From assembly GCF_009914755.1 (NCBI RefSeq), contig NC_060935.1: a stretch of DNA of 64,000 nucleotides. The stretch is one strand, 5' to 3'. This document shows, piece after piece, positions 61,861 through 64,000 of the stretch. Origin of the DNA: the human T2T-CHM13v2.0 reference genome, Homo sapiens. The notes beneath the pieces are model-generated. The model had not been told where the DNA came from. It was given only the letters and a program-made list of their open reading frames with translations, and searched no databases. The first letter of the stretch is position 1. Every line of letters begins with the position of its first letter. Position numbers and translations under genes: made by a program.

Positions 61861-63065
61861 GGCAGATCTCCCAAATTTTTCCTCAAAAGATTATTATTCA
61901 TTCTGATCTACTGCACTTCCCTGTCTATACTGTATGTTCTCAGCATTCATGAAGGCAAGAGATTGTTTTCCAGAACCCTGAAGTAGGTCACAGTTTCATC
62001 CAAAAAAGGCTATTTTGCTGCTCTATGAATGTCTCTGCAACCAACATTCCACCAAAGCATAAAGATTTCATGAATTGTCTTTCCTGAGAGGCAGGAAGTA
62101 ACACAAAGTGAGGACCAGCTGGGAAAATCTGGTTCGGGACCTGCAAAGGTGAGCTGGAGCTGCTCTCCACCCACTGCAGGTAGAAGCTGCACACTCTGCC
62201 CACAAGCCTCTGTAGTCTCAGCCCCCAACCTGAGGCCATTCAGAGGTCACCTGCAGGACAGGGAGACAAGATATCAAATGACCTGCCAGCTATACTCAGA
62301 TACACAGGAAAGAGCCCAGCAGGTGACCTCATATCTTCACGGGAGGGGAATGTAAGGCAGAAGCTGGGGGTGTACTACATGTGGGTTAGACATAGACGTC
62401 TTCACAAGGCAGGAAAAGCATTGGAAGGGGCCAAAGACAACAACCGTTGGGGCCCCCCATCTCCCCATCCCTGGCAGCTTCTCCTGCCTGTGCATTCCCC
62501 TCTGTCTTTTCCTGCCACCGTCTGACATGGAGCCATTCCCCAGGGTTACTTACTATGTACCAGCTCAGGCCAAACAGAACCACCTGGCCAGAAATGGAAG
62601 CAGAAAGAAAGACCAAGGTTTGTGACAGCATATCTGAAGCCAGCCCTCCACTTTCAGGAAAGACATTCTCATTGTAGACAGCCCCTTCTTGGCCAGTCTG
62701 CACAGGGGTGGGGTGGCTGAGACTGGGAACTGAATGGGGAGTCAGTTGGAAAGAAAGGGGCACACAGCTTATCTTCCTCAAGAGGCTGGATCGGAATGTC
62801 CCCAGAAGTGTCTGAGCTGGGTTTGAAGGCCCGTGGAGACACATGGCTGCATGCTAGGCCAGGCTGCTGTTGGCACTGGGCGCGCTGCCCGGAGGCCTCC
62901 GAGATGCTTGACAGCACCACCTCCATTCTTTCCGGTTATCTGTCAGAAATGACATCACTGTTTTGTTAACCTTCTCATCCTCCGCATGTTTGTGGATTCT
63001 CCATCTAGCTTCTATCCCATCTGGCCTTGCTGTTCTGTCTCTTTGTGTTTTTATTTCAGGTGCTT

Positions 63066-63068
<3 letters not shown>

Positions 63069-63116
<48 letters not shown>
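63069..63116. repeat. (CA)n microsatellite, ~21 units
   Basis: Direct observation; produces the THTHTH ORF artefact. Confidence 0.98.
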
Positions 63117-63349
63117 AACTCCTCCCCCTAATTTAGTTCCTAAACTGAAACAAAAAACCTTCTATTTTCTCAGGCTTAGTTTTCTCCTCTGTAAAAGGGG
63201 TAAAAGATGGGTGTTTCTTTTAGTTCTGTATTCAAAGAGTAGATTAGACTCAGAGGGTCTGAATTTCCCAAGTATTTTTTTTTTCTCACACGTTTATAAA
63301 GACTACTGGTAACTACCGTGCGTCACACACAACACACACACTCACACGC

Positions 63350-63750
63350 ACTCATTTCATCTTCGCAATAACCCTGTGGGGTACTATTATTATCCCCATG
63401 TGTGATATTCATTCCCTAGGCCTGCCATAACAAAGTACCACAAACTGGGTACAGTCACACATGAGGCAACCGAGACACAGAACTTAACAGATGTCTCTCA
63501 TGTCACATAGCTGGTCCAAGGTGGCAGGCATGCAGGGATGGATTCCAGGTTTCTTGACACCAGCATTAGTGCTCCCTAACTATGCCACTCCGGTATTTCA
63601 AGGCCAGCTTGCATCTTCGCTGTGTGGTTGCTGGTGTGTCATTTGGGCTCTCTGAGTTTAACTTTCCTCATTGGGCAGATGGAGACAGTCACACGGTTCT
63701 TGTCAGAAGTAGCAAGGTGTTCTGTGTGGAAGCTGCCGAGCCCACATAGA
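63350..63750. mobile_element. MIR fragments with a ~50-bp MLT1 LTR end inserted (63400-63450)
   Basis: tattattatcccca|tgtg...ctaggcctgccataacaaagtaccacaaactgggt|...atgaggcaaccgagacacag. Confidence 0.65.
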
Positions 63751-64000
63751 TGTCCCCCACTCCACAAGAACGCTCCTCTTCATTCTCACTTGTTCTCTTT
63801 CCCTTGCTTTTATGTTGGCTGCTATTTAGGAAATGATTATGCTGCCTTTCCCTGGATATTCTAGATAACAAGAGCCAAACTTGTGGGGAACTCATTACAC
63901 GCCAGGTATTGCACTTAGCTCTTGGTATGCTTTGCCTCATCTGCCTTTTATTTAACCTCACAAGAACCCCAGGAGGCAGGTGCGACAATTATCCCCATTT

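Noticed and set aside
62386-62844. 152-aa minus-strand ORF in unique DNA
   Set aside because: GTG start, no recognisable domain, and overlapping ORFs on both strands typical of GC-richer chance sequence.

Overview
This is human genomic DNA: it contains an AluYb-lineage element with the human-specific 7-bp insertion. The window is gene-poor, intronic or intergenic, and dominated by interspersed repeats: nested old L1s, Alus of several ages, two MaLR proviruses (THE1D, THE1A) with perfect 5-bp TSDs, solo LTRs (MER67, MER89, MLT1), DNA-transposon fossils (MER47A, MER20, MER5A, MER94, a Hsmar1 end), and many MIR/L2 fragments. I find no credible protein-coding gene, RNA gene, CpG island or CRISPR array. 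The listed ORFs are repeat-derived or chance ORFs. I cannot support a claim of a new biological system here. The best unexplained structures are: a 79-nt pre-miRNA-like hairpin in apparently unique DNA (27878-27956); a template-switch micro-inversion at the start of a THE1D 3' LTR; a 140-bp local duplication with long conserved blocks; a composite L1/Hsmar1/palindrome junction; a twin-primed L1 inversion; young, possibly polymorphic Alus; a candidate minus-strand exon; and motif-rich unique islands that may be enhancers. Family names come from recognising consensus sequences by eye, and boundaries of old repeats are approximate.
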